DNA of 64,000 nt, from positions 57-64,056 of the forward strand of contig CAWIHJ010000015.1 in NCBI GenBank assembly GCA_963835795.1. The letters run 5' to 3'. Source of the stretch: an uncultured Gammaproteobacteria bacterium (GTDB lineage Bacteria; Pseudomonadota; Gammaproteobacteria; GCA-001735895). The translations under genes were made by a program, and so were the position numbers. Positions within the stretch are counted from its first letter, which is position 1. Each line of letters opens with the position of its first letter. Below the pieces are notes generated by a model. It ran no database searches. It saw nothing but the letters and a program-made list of their open reading frames with translations, and was not told the DNA's origin. This document shows, piece after piece, positions 37,663 through 47,212 of the stretch.

Positions 37663-38364
37663 TCAGATACCGAGGAAACGGGCCTTGAGCTCAGCATCCG
37701 CGGTCAGTGCCGCCGAATCGCCCTGCCACACCACCCGGCCTTTTTCGATGATGAAATGATGATCGGCAATCTGCGCCATCTCGTCGATGTTTTTGTCGAT
37801 CAGCAATATGGTCAGACCGAGTTGTTTCAACTGTTGCAGGCGACGCCAGATTTCCTGGCGGATCAGCGGTGCCAGGCCCTCGGTCGCCTCGTCGAGGATT
37901 AACAGGCGCGGATTCAGCATCAACGCGCGCCCGATCGCCAGCATCTGCTGTTCGCCACCGGAGAGCTGGCCACCCTGGTTGTCCAGGCGCTCGCGCAAAC
38001 CCGGGAAGAATTCGAGCACCCGCTCGAGCGTCCAGGGATCATCGCTGCGGCTGTAGTTGGCGGCGGTAGCCACCAGATTCTCGCGCACGCTGAGATTGGG
38101 GAAGATCTGCCGTCCTTCGGGCACCAGCCCAATTCCGAGTTGCGCGATGCGGTAGGCCGGCCAACCGTTGATCGCCTGGCCATCGAAACGGATGTCACCA
38201 GCCCGATTCGCCAACAGGCCGATGATCGTGCTGACCGTGGTGGTCTTACCCATACCGTTGCGCCCTAGCAGTGTCGTCACCTGGCCCTCGCGACAGCTGA
38301 GGCTCATGCCGAACAACGCCTGGATGCTGCCATAACAGGTTTCCACACCCTCCAGTTCAAGCAT
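37663..38364 (-). CDS. livF: LivF-type ABC ATP-binding protein (intact second set).
   Basis: Start MLELEGVETCYG at 38364. Motifs: GRNGMGKTTT, LSGGEQQMLAIGRAL, LLILDEATEGLAP. Confidence 0.85.
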   Translation of the reverse strand: MLELEGVETCYGSIQALFGMSLSCREGQVTTLLGRNGMGKTTTVSTIIGLLANRAGDIRFDGQAINGWPAYRIAQLGIGLVPEGRQIFPNLSVRENLVATAANYSRSDDPWTLERVLEFFPGLRERLDNQGGQLSGGEQQMLAIGRALMLNPRLLILDEATEGLAPLIRQEIWRRLQQLKQLGLTILLIDKNIDEMAQIADHHFIIEKGRVVWQGDSAALTADAELKARFLGI

Positions 38365-39118
38365 GGCCGTCCCCGAGATAAGCTTTTTGCACCTCAGTAT
38401 TGGCGCGAATGTTTTCCACGCTGTCGGTGGCAATAATGTGACCATTGACCAGCACCGACAACCGATCGGCGAGGCTGAACACCGCATCCATATCGTGTTC
38501 CACCAGCAAGATAGTCATTTCACCACGCAACCGCTTGAGAATATCGACCATTTTCGCGCCCTCTTCCTTACCCATGCCCGCCATCGGCTCATCCAGCAAC
38601 AGCATGCGCGGTTTCATTGCCAGCGCCATCGCTACCTCGAGCTGGCGTTGTTCGCCATGCGATACCGTGGCGGCGAGGTGATGCGCGCGCGCCTCCAGTC
38701 CCACTTCGGCCAGGCTGGCCAGCGCCGCAGCGCGCATCTCTCGATCTTCGCTCACCGGCGCCCAGAAGCGAAACGAATGCCCGCTGTTGCCCTGCACCGC
38801 GAGCATCACGTTTTCCAGCAGGGTCATCGGCATCACCACGCTGGTGATCTGGAACGAGCGCGCCAGGCCCCGGCGCGCGCGTTCGGCGATGCTGTCGCCG
38901 ACGATACTGCGCCCGGCGAACTCGATGTCACCGGCATCGGGTTTGATCTGACCCGACAACTGTGCGATCAGGGTGGTCTTGCCGGCGCCATTGGGGCCAA
39001 TGACGGCATGAATCTTGCCGGTCTCGACGGCGAGGTTGACGTTGTCGGTGGCGACCACGCCGCCAAAGTGCTTGTGCAAACCGTGGATCGAGAGCAGTGG
39101 TTCAGTCATTGCCAGCAC
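38357..39118 (-). CDS. livG: LivG-type ABC ATP-binding protein.
   Basis: 253-aa intact ORF with GPNGAGKTTL, LLLLDEPMAGMG, LVEHDMD. Confidence 0.85.
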   Translation of the reverse strand: MLAMTEPLLSIHGLHKHFGGVVATDNVNLAVETGKIHAVIGPNGAGKTTLIAQLSGQIKPDAGDIEFAGRSIVGDSIAERARRGLARSFQITSVVMPMTLLENVMLAVQGNSGHSFRFWAPVSEDREMRAAALASLAEVGLEARAHHLAATVSHGEQRQLEVAMALAMKPRMLLLDEPMAGMGKEEGAKMVDILKRLRGEMTILLVEHDMDAVFSLADRLSVLVNGHIIATDSVENIRANTEVQKAYLGDGHA

Positions 39119-40068
39119 CGCTTCGCATCGAGCCGGCTTAACCAGCCGTGAATCCCGCCCTTGCCAAACAACACCAGCGCCACCAGCAGGACGCCAAAAA
39201 TCAGGTGCCAGTAGATGGTGATCGCCGACAGGAATTCTTCCAGCAACACATAGGCAATGGTCCCCACCAGTGGCCCGAACAGCGTTGCGGTGCCGCCGAT
39301 AATGACCATGAATATCAGTTCACCGGAGCGCGACCAACCGATCATGTCCGGGCTGATAAAACCGGTGAAGTTACCCAGTAACACCCCGGCGACACTGCAC
39401 AGCATCGCCGACAGCACGTAGCACACGAGCCGATAACGATAGGTATCGAAGCCGAGCGCCTGCATGCGTTGCTCGTTGAAGCGCGCACCGACGATGACGC
39501 GGCCAAAACGCGAATTGACCAGCCGGTGGGTGAAGTAAAGCGCCAGCAGCAACAGCGCAAAGATCCAGTAGTACAGGCCGTAGCTGCTATCCATGCTGAT
39601 CCAGGCTGGAAATTCACTGCGCGAGTAAATCACCAGGCCATCGTCGGCGCCGTATTCCTCGAGGCTCAGGAAGGTGAAGTACACCATTTGACTGAAGGCC
39701 ATGGTGATCATGATGAAATACACACCCCTGGTGCGCAGGCTGATGGCGCCGGTCAGCAGTGCGAAGGCTGCGCTGACCGCCAGCGCCAGCGCCAGGTGCA
39801 GCCAGCCATTGTAGTAGTCATAGTAAGACGGAATGCCGACACAATAGGCGCCGATGCCGATGTAGGCGGCGTGGCCCAGGCTGACCATTCCGCCGAAGCC
39901 AAGAATCAGGTTGAGGCTGATCGCGGCGATGGCGATGATCAGTGCGCGACTCAGCAGGTCGAGATAAAACGGCTCGCCAATCCAGTCGAAAATAAACGGC
40001 GCGGGCGCGAGCACCAGCAATAACAGCGCATAAAAACGGCCGGAGACATTCGTTGGCAGCCAGTTCAC
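39106..40068 (-). CDS. livM: LivM-type ABC permease.
   Basis: 320-aa intact multi-TM ORF containing LNLILGFGGMVSLGHAAYIGIGAY. Confidence 0.85.
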   Translation of the reverse strand: MNWLPTNVSGRFYALLLLVLAPAPFIFDWIGEPFYLDLLSRALIIAIAAISLNLILGFGGMVSLGHAAYIGIGAYCVGIPSYYDYYNGWLHLALALAVSAAFALLTGAISLRTRGVYFIMITMAFSQMVYFTFLSLEEYGADDGLVIYSRSEFPAWISMDSSYGLYYWIFALLLLALYFTHRLVNSRFGRVIVGARFNEQRMQALGFDTYRYRLVCYVLSAMLCSVAGVLLGNFTGFISPDMIGWSRSGELIFMVIIGGTATLFGPLVGTIAYVLLEEFLSAITIYWHLIFGVLLVALVLFGKGGIHGWLSRLDAKRCWQ

Positions 40069-40991
40069 GGCTTCGCCCCGGCCGGCGGAAATAGCCCTTG
40101 CGGGCGAAACGCGAGCACCGCGGCCATGAGGATATAGATCAACATCGCCGACAACGCGGGCGCGGCGGTTTCGGCATAGTTGTTGGGCATTGCCAGTTTA
40201 AGCAACAGGTCAAGATAAGAGCGGCTCAGGGTATCGATCAGACCGAGCATCATGGCCGCGTAAAAAGCACCCTTGACCGAGCCGATCCCACCGACGATGA
40301 CGACCACGAAAGCGACGATGATGATGTCGTTACCCATGCCGATGCTGGCCTCGGTGATCGGCGCAATCAGCATGCCGGCAAGCCCCGCCATCGCCGCACC
40401 GAGCGCGAACACGAACAGGAACAGACGATTGATGTCGACGCCGAGCGCCTCGACCATGTTGCGATTCGACGCGCCGGCGCGGATCAACATGCCGAGCCGG
40501 GTTTTGCTGACCAGGAAGTACAACACCGCCGCCACCAGCAGGCCGGCGACGATGATCAGCAGGCGATAAGTGGGTAACACCAGGTTGCCGAAGGTCAACT
40601 GACCGTTGAGCACTGCGGGCAGCGGGATCGCGATACCCGAGGCGCCCCAGAACAGGTGCACCAGGGTATCGAAAATCAGGATCAGACCAAAAGTCACCAG
40701 CACGTGATCGAGATGATCCTGGCGGTACAACTTGCGCGCAATGAACCATTCGACCAGCGCACCAACCACGAATACGCCAACCAGCCCAAGCAATACGCCA
40801 AGCACGAAGGATCCGGTTTTGGCGACGATGGTGCCGCAGAAATAGGCCCCGATCATGTAAAACGAGCCGTGCGACAGGTTGATGAAATCCATGATGCCGA
40901 AGATCAGCGTGAGCCCGGAGGCCAGCAAAAAAAGCAACAGGCCCAACTGCAGCCCGTTCATCAATTGAGTGATGAGCAGATTCCAGTCCAT
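40065..40991 (-). CDS. livH: LivH-type ABC permease.
   Basis: 308-aa intact multi-TM ORF containing IFGIMDFINLSHGSFYMIGAY. Confidence 0.85.
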   Translation of the reverse strand: MDWNLLITQLMNGLQLGLLLFLLASGLTLIFGIMDFINLSHGSFYMIGAYFCGTIVAKTGSFVLGVLLGLVGVFVVGALVEWFIARKLYRQDHLDHVLVTFGLILIFDTLVHLFWGASGIAIPLPAVLNGQLTFGNLVLPTYRLLIIVAGLLVAAVLYFLVSKTRLGMLIRAGASNRNMVEALGVDINRLFLFVFALGAAMAGLAGMLIAPITEASIGMGNDIIIVAFVVVIVGGIGSVKGAFYAAMMLGLIDTLSRSYLDLLLKLAMPNNYAETAAPALSAMLIYILMAAVLAFRPQGLFPPAGAKP

Positions 40992-41065
40992 TGCCTTACC
41001 GAGTCAGCGGCGTGTGGTCGAACCCGGTTCCCCTGCCAGGGAACCGGGTGACCGGGAGAGACCGC

Positions 41066-42253
41066 TTACATCTTGCACTTGGATGCGTGCGGATCCTGAT
41101 GATTTTCGAACACGGTCTTGACGATTTTCGTGGTCCAACGTCCTTCCGCATCCTCGACCACTTCGCGCAGGTAGAAGTTCTGGATCGGCATGTGGTTGTT
41201 GCCATAGGTATAAGGACCGCGTACCGAATCGTAATTGGCGGCTTTGAGTGCCGCGCGAATGGCATCCTTGTCCTTCAGGTTGCCGCCGGTAGCTTCGACC
41301 GCACTCTTGATCAACATGATCGAGTCATAGGCCTGCGCACCGTAGAAGGACGGGTACTTGCCGTACAACTTCAGGTAATCGGTGACGAAACGCTGGTTGG
41401 CGGCGTTATCCATGTCGGGCGACCACTCCTGTGTGTTCTTCGATCCGAGCACACCGGTCAGCCCGGCCGCCTGCAGCTTCGGCAGCGCAATTGAATCGAC
41501 GGTAAATACGGTGTAAAGCGGCATCAGGCTCTGCAATCCAGCCTGCTGGTACTGCTTGATGAAGGCGCCACCGGCCTTGCCCGGGTAGAACACGAAGATT
41601 GCCTCGGCGCCCGAAGCTTTCGCCTTGGCGAGCTCCGCGGAAAAGTCGAGCTGCGCATCGGCGCCCCACTTGGTCAGATCCTTGCCCTTGACTTCACCCT
41701 TGAAGGTGGTCTCGACGCCGTTCGCCATGTCTTTGCCAGCGGCATAGTTAGGCGCCATGATGTAAATCGACTTGACGCCTACCTGGTTCAGGTATTCGCC
41801 CATCGCCATCGGCGTCTGATCATTCTGCCAGGAAGTGGAAAAGAAATTCGGATGGCAGCGTGCACCGGCCATCTGCGACGGTCCTGCATTCGCGCTGATG
41901 AGGAACTTGTCGGCATCCAGTACCGATTTGGCCGACGCCAGTAAAACGTGCGACCAGATGTAACCGGCGACGAAATCGACATCATCCTGCTTGACCAGCT
42001 TATCGGTCTTTTGCTTGCCGACATCGGGTTTAAAGCCATCGTCTTCCATGATCAGGTGCACGTCGAGGTTTCCCATCTTGCTACCGATATGCTGCAGCGC
42101 GAGTTCGACCGAGTTTTTCATGTCCTCGCCGATAACGCCCGCGGGTGTGGTCAGCGTGGTGACAAAACCGATCTTGACCTCGGCGGCCTGGGCGGCCCCG
42201 GTCAACGCAATCGCGCTCGCGATCAGCAGCATTCGTATTGTTTTCACTAACAT
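41066..42253 (-). CDS. livK: LivK-type periplasmic substrate-binding protein.
   Basis: ORF 41066..42397(-). Start MLVKTIRMLLIASAIALTGAAQAAEVKIGF at 42253, preceded by GGAGA. Confidence 0.85.
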   Translation of the reverse strand: MLVKTIRMLLIASAIALTGAAQAAEVKIGFVTTLTTPAGVIGEDMKNSVELALQHIGSKMGNLDVHLIMEDDGFKPDVGKQKTDKLVKQDDVDFVAGYIWSHVLLASAKSVLDADKFLISANAGPSQMAGARCHPNFFSTSWQNDQTPMAMGEYLNQVGVKSIYIMAPNYAAGKDMANGVETTFKGEVKGKDLTKWGADAQLDFSAELAKAKASGAEAIFVFYPGKAGGAFIKQYQQAGLQSLMPLYTVFTVDSIALPKLQAAGLTGVLGSKNTQEWSPDMDNAANQRFVTDYLKLYGKYPSFYGAQAYDSIMLIKSAVEATGGNLKDKDAIRAALKAANYDSVRGPYTYGNNHMPIQNFYLREVVEDAEGRWTTKIVKTVFENHQDPHASKCKM

Positions 42254-42468
42254 TGTTGGTCTCCTCTGGAGTTCATTATTCGATCGATGGCTCGCGCCAT
42301 CGGGTTGTCTCACCGGCATCGCTGCTGCGGAATCCTGCGTCAGCAATCGATGCCTGCAGCCCGTAAAACCTGCCGGTAGCCCGCTATTGTCACCCACCGT
42401 CCCTGTCGGCCAGCTGAACCACGGCGCACTTGCTGCTGCGCATTATATTGGATATTCGCCATATGTTA

Positions 42469-43308
42469 TCACTCAATATCACCTAATTTGGCATCAGCAC
42501 GGTGCTGCAGGCTAGTTTCGGCGAAGCCTTTGACGATTTCGATCACCTGCGCGGGCTGGTCGCGATGCGGCGAATGGCGACAATCCGCCAGTTCGACGAC
42601 TTGCGCCTGCGCTACCCGCCGCGCGATGCCGCGCACCTGTTCGAGCGTGCCGTACTCGTCATCGACACCCTGCAGCGCCAGCAGTGGACAACGGATGCCG
42701 GATATTTCATCCTCGATCGACCAATGGCGAAACGCCGCGCGCAGCCAGATATCGTTCCAGCCCCGGAAGGCCGAGTCGGGATCGGCGTGATAGCGCGCCA
42801 GTTTCTGCTTCAGGTCGGTTTCGAGATAGGCGCGGCGCGCGCGCTCAATGTTTGCGATCGAAATGTCTTCGACCAGGATGTGCGGCGCCAACAGCACCAG
42901 CGCGGCGACCCGTTGCGGAAAACGCGCGGCGAACAACAGTGCGATCGAAGCGCCATCGCTATGCCCGAACAGGCACGGTGGATCCTGCCATGTATCGACA
43001 CCCAGTTGCTGCAACAGCAGCGGTAACAGGCCATGCGCCTGGCGATGCATGAAGTCGACATCCCAGGATTCATCCGCGGCGCGGGCAGTCGAACGACCAT
43101 AACCCGGGCGCGAATACACCAGGCCACGAAAGCCCAGCGCGGTGCACAGGGATTGCGGGAAATCTTTCCACATGGCGAGTGAACCCAGCCCTTCGTGTAA
43201 AAACACCATCAGCGGGCCAGGGCCGGTTTTCGATCCGATCCACTGGTACTCGATTTGCAGCCTGCGGCCTTCCCAGTCGAGGGCGATAAACTCGACCGCC
43301 GGGGTCAT
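42469..43308 (-). CDS. Alpha/beta-fold hydrolase (box-cluster lactonase/thioesterase-like).
   Basis: 279-aa intact ORF containing FLHEGLGS and GHSDGASIAL (nucleophile elbow). 4-nt overlap with the ligase gene. Confidence 0.75.
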   Translation of the reverse strand: MTPAVEFIALDWEGRRLQIEYQWIGSKTGPGPLMVFLHEGLGSLAMWKDFPQSLCTALGFRGLVYSRPGYGRSTARAADESWDVDFMHRQAHGLLPLLLQQLGVDTWQDPPCLFGHSDGASIALLFAARFPQRVAALVLLAPHILVEDISIANIERARRAYLETDLKQKLARYHADPDSAFRGWNDIWLRAAFRHWSIEDEISGIRCPLLALQGVDDEYGTLEQVRGIARRVAQAQVVELADCRHSPHRDQPAQVIEIVKGFAETSLQHRADAKLGDIE

Positions 43309-44870
43309 TCGCCGGCTTCGCGGGCGCGCAGTCGAAAACGCTGGATTTTGCCGGTGGCGGTCTTCGGCAGCTCGTCGACGAATTCGATGAAGCGCGGATA
43401 CTTGTACGCCGCGAGACGCTCCTTGACGAAGGCCTTGAGTTCATCCGCGCTCGCTTGCTGCCCGTCGCCAAGCACGACAAAAGCCTTGCTCTTGACCAGG
43501 CCCTCGTCGTCGATCTTGCCGATCACCGCCGATTCCAGTACCGCGGGATGCTGCGCCAGCGTGGCTTCCACTTCAAACGGTGATACGTACATGCCACTCA
43601 CTCTCAACATGTCGTCGGTGCGTCCCGAACAGGTGTAACTGCCGTCCTCGTTGCGCACATACTTGTCGCCACTGCGAGTCCACTCGCCCTGAAAGGTATC
43701 CAGCGTCTTGGCGCGATTGTTCCAGTACATCAGCGCGGCACTCGGGCCGCGCACGTAGAGATCGCCGATTTCACCATCGGCGACCGCAGCACCGTCATCG
43801 CCGCGCAACTCGATATCGTAGCCCGGCACCGGGCTGCCGCTCGAGCCATAGCGCACGGCGCCCGCGCGGTTGGAAATGTAGATGTGCAGCATTTCGGTGG
43901 AACCGATGCCGTCGATGACATCGATGCCAAATTGCCGCGTAAAGCGCTGCGCGAGATCGGCCGGCAAGGCTTCACCCGCCGACACCGCGAGGCGCAAGGC
44001 GAGTTCGTCGGCGGGCGGAATTTCGGCGGCAGCCAGCATCGCCACGTAACCGGTCGGCGCGCCGAAAAACAGCGTCGGCTGGTGCGCCAGCAGGCGCTGG
44101 TAGATCGCCTCCGGCGTCGGCCGGCCGGCAAACAGCACGCTGGTCGCGCCGACGCTGAGCGGAAAGGTCAGCGCATTACCGAGACCGTAGGCGAAAAACA
44201 GCTTGGCAGCGGAAAAACAGATGTCCTGCTCGCTGATTGCGAGCACGCCTTCGCCGTACAACTTGCTGGTCCAGTAAGGGTTGGCGTGGCTGTGCACGGT
44301 GCCCTTGGGCTTGCCGGTCGAGCCCGAGGAATACAGCCAGAAAGCGATGTCATCGGCACAGGTAGGCGCCGCTTGCGGCAGCGCATCGGCCGCTTGCACG
44401 AAGGACTGGAAGTCTTGCTCAGCCGCCTGCAATGCATCGTCACCCGCGGCGACCAGCACGGTTTCGATTTCCAGCCCCCCGGCCTGAATGGCAGCGCGCA
44501 ACGGCGCCAGCAGCGCATTGGACACCAGCACGCTGCGCGCGCGACTGTGTCGCAGCATGTAGTGGTAATCGTCGGCGGTGAGCAGGGTATTGACCGCCAC
44601 CGGCACGATGCCGGCATAGATGGCGCCGAGAAACGCCACCGGCCAGTCGTTGCAGTCGTGCATCAGCAGCAACACCCGCTCTTCGCGGCGCATGCCGCTG
44701 TCGAGCAGCGCCTGGGCCAGTTTGCGCGATTGCTGCTCGAGGTCGCCGAAACTGAGCGTTCCCTGGTCGTCGATGTAAGCGGTTTTCTGTGCGCGCCCGC
44801 GATTCAGCTCGAACAGGTATTCGGCGTAATTAAAATCGTCGCCCGGAGGCGCTACGTCTTCAATATTCAT
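43305..44870 (-). CDS. Benzoate-CoA ligase family (aryl-CoA ligase).
   Basis: ORF 43305..44909(-). Start MNIEDVAPPGDDFNYAEY at 44870 with GGGGAGAAG upstream. Motifs: YSSGSTGKPKGTVHSH, FGAPTGY, YVRGPS...WTRSGDKY. Sits in a box-gene context. Confidence 0.8.
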   Translation of the reverse strand: MNIEDVAPPGDDFNYAEYLFELNRGRAQKTAYIDDQGTLSFGDLEQQSRKLAQALLDSGMRREERVLLLMHDCNDWPVAFLGAIYAGIVPVAVNTLLTADDYHYMLRHSRARSVLVSNALLAPLRAAIQAGGLEIETVLVAAGDDALQAAEQDFQSFVQAADALPQAAPTCADDIAFWLYSSGSTGKPKGTVHSHANPYWTSKLYGEGVLAISEQDICFSAAKLFFAYGLGNALTFPLSVGATSVLFAGRPTPEAIYQRLLAHQPTLFFGAPTGYVAMLAAAEIPPADELALRLAVSAGEALPADLAQRFTRQFGIDVIDGIGSTEMLHIYISNRAGAVRYGSSGSPVPGYDIELRGDDGAAVADGEIGDLYVRGPSAALMYWNNRAKTLDTFQGEWTRSGDKYVRNEDGSYTCSGRTDDMLRVSGMYVSPFEVEATLAQHPAVLESAVIGKIDDEGLVKSKAFVVLGDGQQASADELKAFVKERLAAYKYPRFIEFVDELPKTATGKIQRFRLRAREAGE

Positions 44871-44909
44871 CTTCTCCCCCGGCACCGGCTGGCCCGATGC
44901 CCTGCCCAC

Positions 44910-45374
44910 TCAACGAGTGAATTCTATACTGCCACCGGGCAATAAATACAGGATCAACGCGCGTCCTCCGCTCACCGTCGGATGGTGCGCACTGCCCGCC
45001 GCGTACACCACCCAGCCGGCGGGGTGATCGTCAAATCGCGCATCGCCGTCGAGCGGCATCACCAGGTCGATCTCGCCGGCGGGGTGGCGATGGTGCGGTC
45101 CAGCCAGGTCATCCATGTCCACCACGTCGACCGAAAAACCGTGCAAATCGTCGGCGGGCTTGAACACCCGCCCATAGCGGATGCCCCCGGCTTCGTGCTG
45201 GCACAACCATCCCTCGGCGACGCCGCGCTGGCAGCTTTGCAGCAGTTGCCGGTAACTCTCGCTGTCGGCGCCGTGCTCGCGGTTGAGCCAGTCCTGCATT
45301 TCCTGGTCCAGCGCCTTGCCGGCAAGTTGCGCGGTGAGCGTGGAAACCAGGTGGTGCAATTCGCTACTTGGCAT
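44910..45374 (-). CDS. Small cupin-like protein. I recall this pattern as DUF4863 (sometimes annotated 4-hydroxylaminobenzoate lyase).
   Basis: 154-aa intact ORF. The family assignment is from memory of the HHRHPAGEIDL-type motif and its box-cluster association; it is not verified. Confidence 0.45.
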   Translation of the reverse strand: MPSSELHHLVSTLTAQLAGKALDQEMQDWLNREHGADSESYRQLLQSCQRGVAEGWLCQHEAGGIRYGRVFKPADDLHGFSVDVVDMDDLAGPHHRHPAGEIDLVMPLDGDARFDDHPAGWVVYAAGSAHHPTVSGGRALILYLLPGGSIEFTR

Positions 45375-45497
45375 GATCTACTCCTCGAAAAATCGCCCGG
45401 ATATCGCTCGAAAATAAACAAGGTAATAACAATCTAACTGGCAAACTACCCGAATACACACCGAACTACAGTATAATTTTTTACCTGCGACGAATAT

Positions 45498-45511
45498 TGC
45501 AATATATTGCC
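45498..45511. promoter_or_regulatory. TGCA-N6-TGCC repeat (aTATTGCAaTATATTGCCa) in the divergent box control region. Candidate BoxR/BzdR-type operator.
   Basis: Seen in the sequence 25 nt upstream of the boxC start. A TATAAT hexamer lies at 45472-45477. The operator assignment is an inference from the TGCA-repeat operators described for Azoarcus BzdR/BoxR. No such regulator gene is in this window. Confidence 0.25.
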
Positions 45512-45535
45512 ATACACGATTCCCGGAGTCCTGAT

Positions 45536-47196
45536 TTGAACCATCCCGAGCGCGTCGACTACCAGACCAGCCCCGATCTCTACCGTCACTGGCAGCTTGA
45601 AGTGGACGGCCCGATCGCCACCCTGTGGCGCCGACTTTGACGAGGATGCCGGCCTGCGGCCGGGTTACAAGCTCAAGTTGAACAGCTACGACCTGGGCGT
45701 CGATATCGAACTCAACGACGCCATCAACCGCATTCGTTTCGAGCACCCGCAGGTGCGCTGTGTGGTCATCACCAGCCTCAAGGACAAGGTATTTTGCTCC
45801 GGCGCCAATATTTTCATGCTGGGCGTCAGCAGCCACGCCTGGAAGGTCAACTTCTGCAAGTTTACCAACGAGACGCGCAACGGGCTGGAAGATTCCTCGC
45901 GCCACGACGGCCTCAAGTTTGTCGCCGCGGTCAACGGCGCCTGCGCCGGCGGTGGCTACGAGCTGGCGCTGGCCTGCGACCGCATCATCCTGGTGGACGA
46001 TCGCTCGAGCGCCGTGAGCCTGCCCGAAGTGCCCTTGCTCGGCGTCTTGCCCGGCACCGGCGGCCTGACGCGGGTAACCGACAAACGCCACGTGCGTCAC
46101 GACCTCGCGGATATCTTCTGCACCACCAGCGAAGGCGTACGCGGGCAGAGAGCGAAGGACTGGCGCCTGGTCGACGACATCGCCAAACCGGCACAATTTA
46201 AAGACGCCGTGCAACAGTGCGCAGCGAGCCTCGCCGAGCACAGCGATCGCCCGCCAGGCGCCAGCGGCGTCAAGCTCACCCCGCTTGAGCGCAGCATCGA
46301 GGACGATGCCCTGCGCTACCGCCACGTCCGCGTCGAAATGGATCGCGCAAATCGCACCGCCAGCTTTATCGTCACCGCCCCCGGCGGCGAACAACCGCAG
46401 GACATCGACTCGATCGAGCAGGCCGGCGCGGACTGGTTTCCGCTCGCGCTCGCGCGCGAACTCGACGATGCGATCCTGTCGATGCGCACCAACGAACTCG
46501 AACTCGGCACCTGGATCATCCGCACCGAAGGTGATGCGGCGGCGGTTTTGCAGATGGACGACAGCCTGATCGCGCATCGCGAACACTGGCTGGTGCGCGC
46601 CACTATCGGTTATTTACGTCGCAGCCTGGCTCGGCTCGACGTCTCGGCGCGCAGCCTGTTCGCGCTGATCGACGAGGGCTCGTGTTTTGCCGGCAGCTTC
46701 CTGGAACTGGCGCTGGCCTGCGATCGCAGCTACCAGCTCGCGCTACCTGACGATCCTGACGCGGCGCCGCACATCACGCTGGGCGAGGCCAATTTCGGCC
46801 TGCTGCCGATGGTCACCGACGAGAGCCGCCTGGAACGACGCTTCTATCACGAAACCAGACCGACTGCATGCCGCACGCGATCACCTGTTGCAGGCGCTGG
46901 ACGCCGATGCCGCCTTTGAACTCGGCCTGGTGACCAGTAATCCGGACGATCTCGACTGGGATGACGAGGTGCGCATCGCCATCGAGGAACGCGCTGCGAT
47001 GTCACCCGACGCGCTCACCGGCATGGAGGCCAACCTGCGTTTCAACGGCCGCGAAAACATGGTGACGCGTATCTTCGGGCGCCTCACCGCCTGGCAAAAC
47101 TGGATATTCCAGCGACCCAACGCGGTGGGCGAGCACGGCGCATTAAAAGTCTATGGCAGCGGCGAGAAATCACGTTTCGACTGGGACCGGGTTTAA
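45536..47196 (+). pseudogene. boxC: Benzoyl-CoA-dihydrodiol lyase / 2,3-epoxybenzoyl-CoA dihydrolase BoxC with two +1 breaks (~45626, ~46857).
   Basis: The TTG at 45536 is preceded by GGAG. Concatenation: LNHPERVDYQTSPDLYRHWQLEVDGPIATL | ADFDEDAGLRPGYKLKLNSYDLGVDIELNDAINRIRFEHPQV...GGGYELALACDRI... | DRLHAARDHLLQALDADAAFELGLVT...ALKVYGSGEKSRFDWDRV*. Confidence 0.85.
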
Positions 47197-47212
47197 TCCC
47201 GGGGAGGACATC

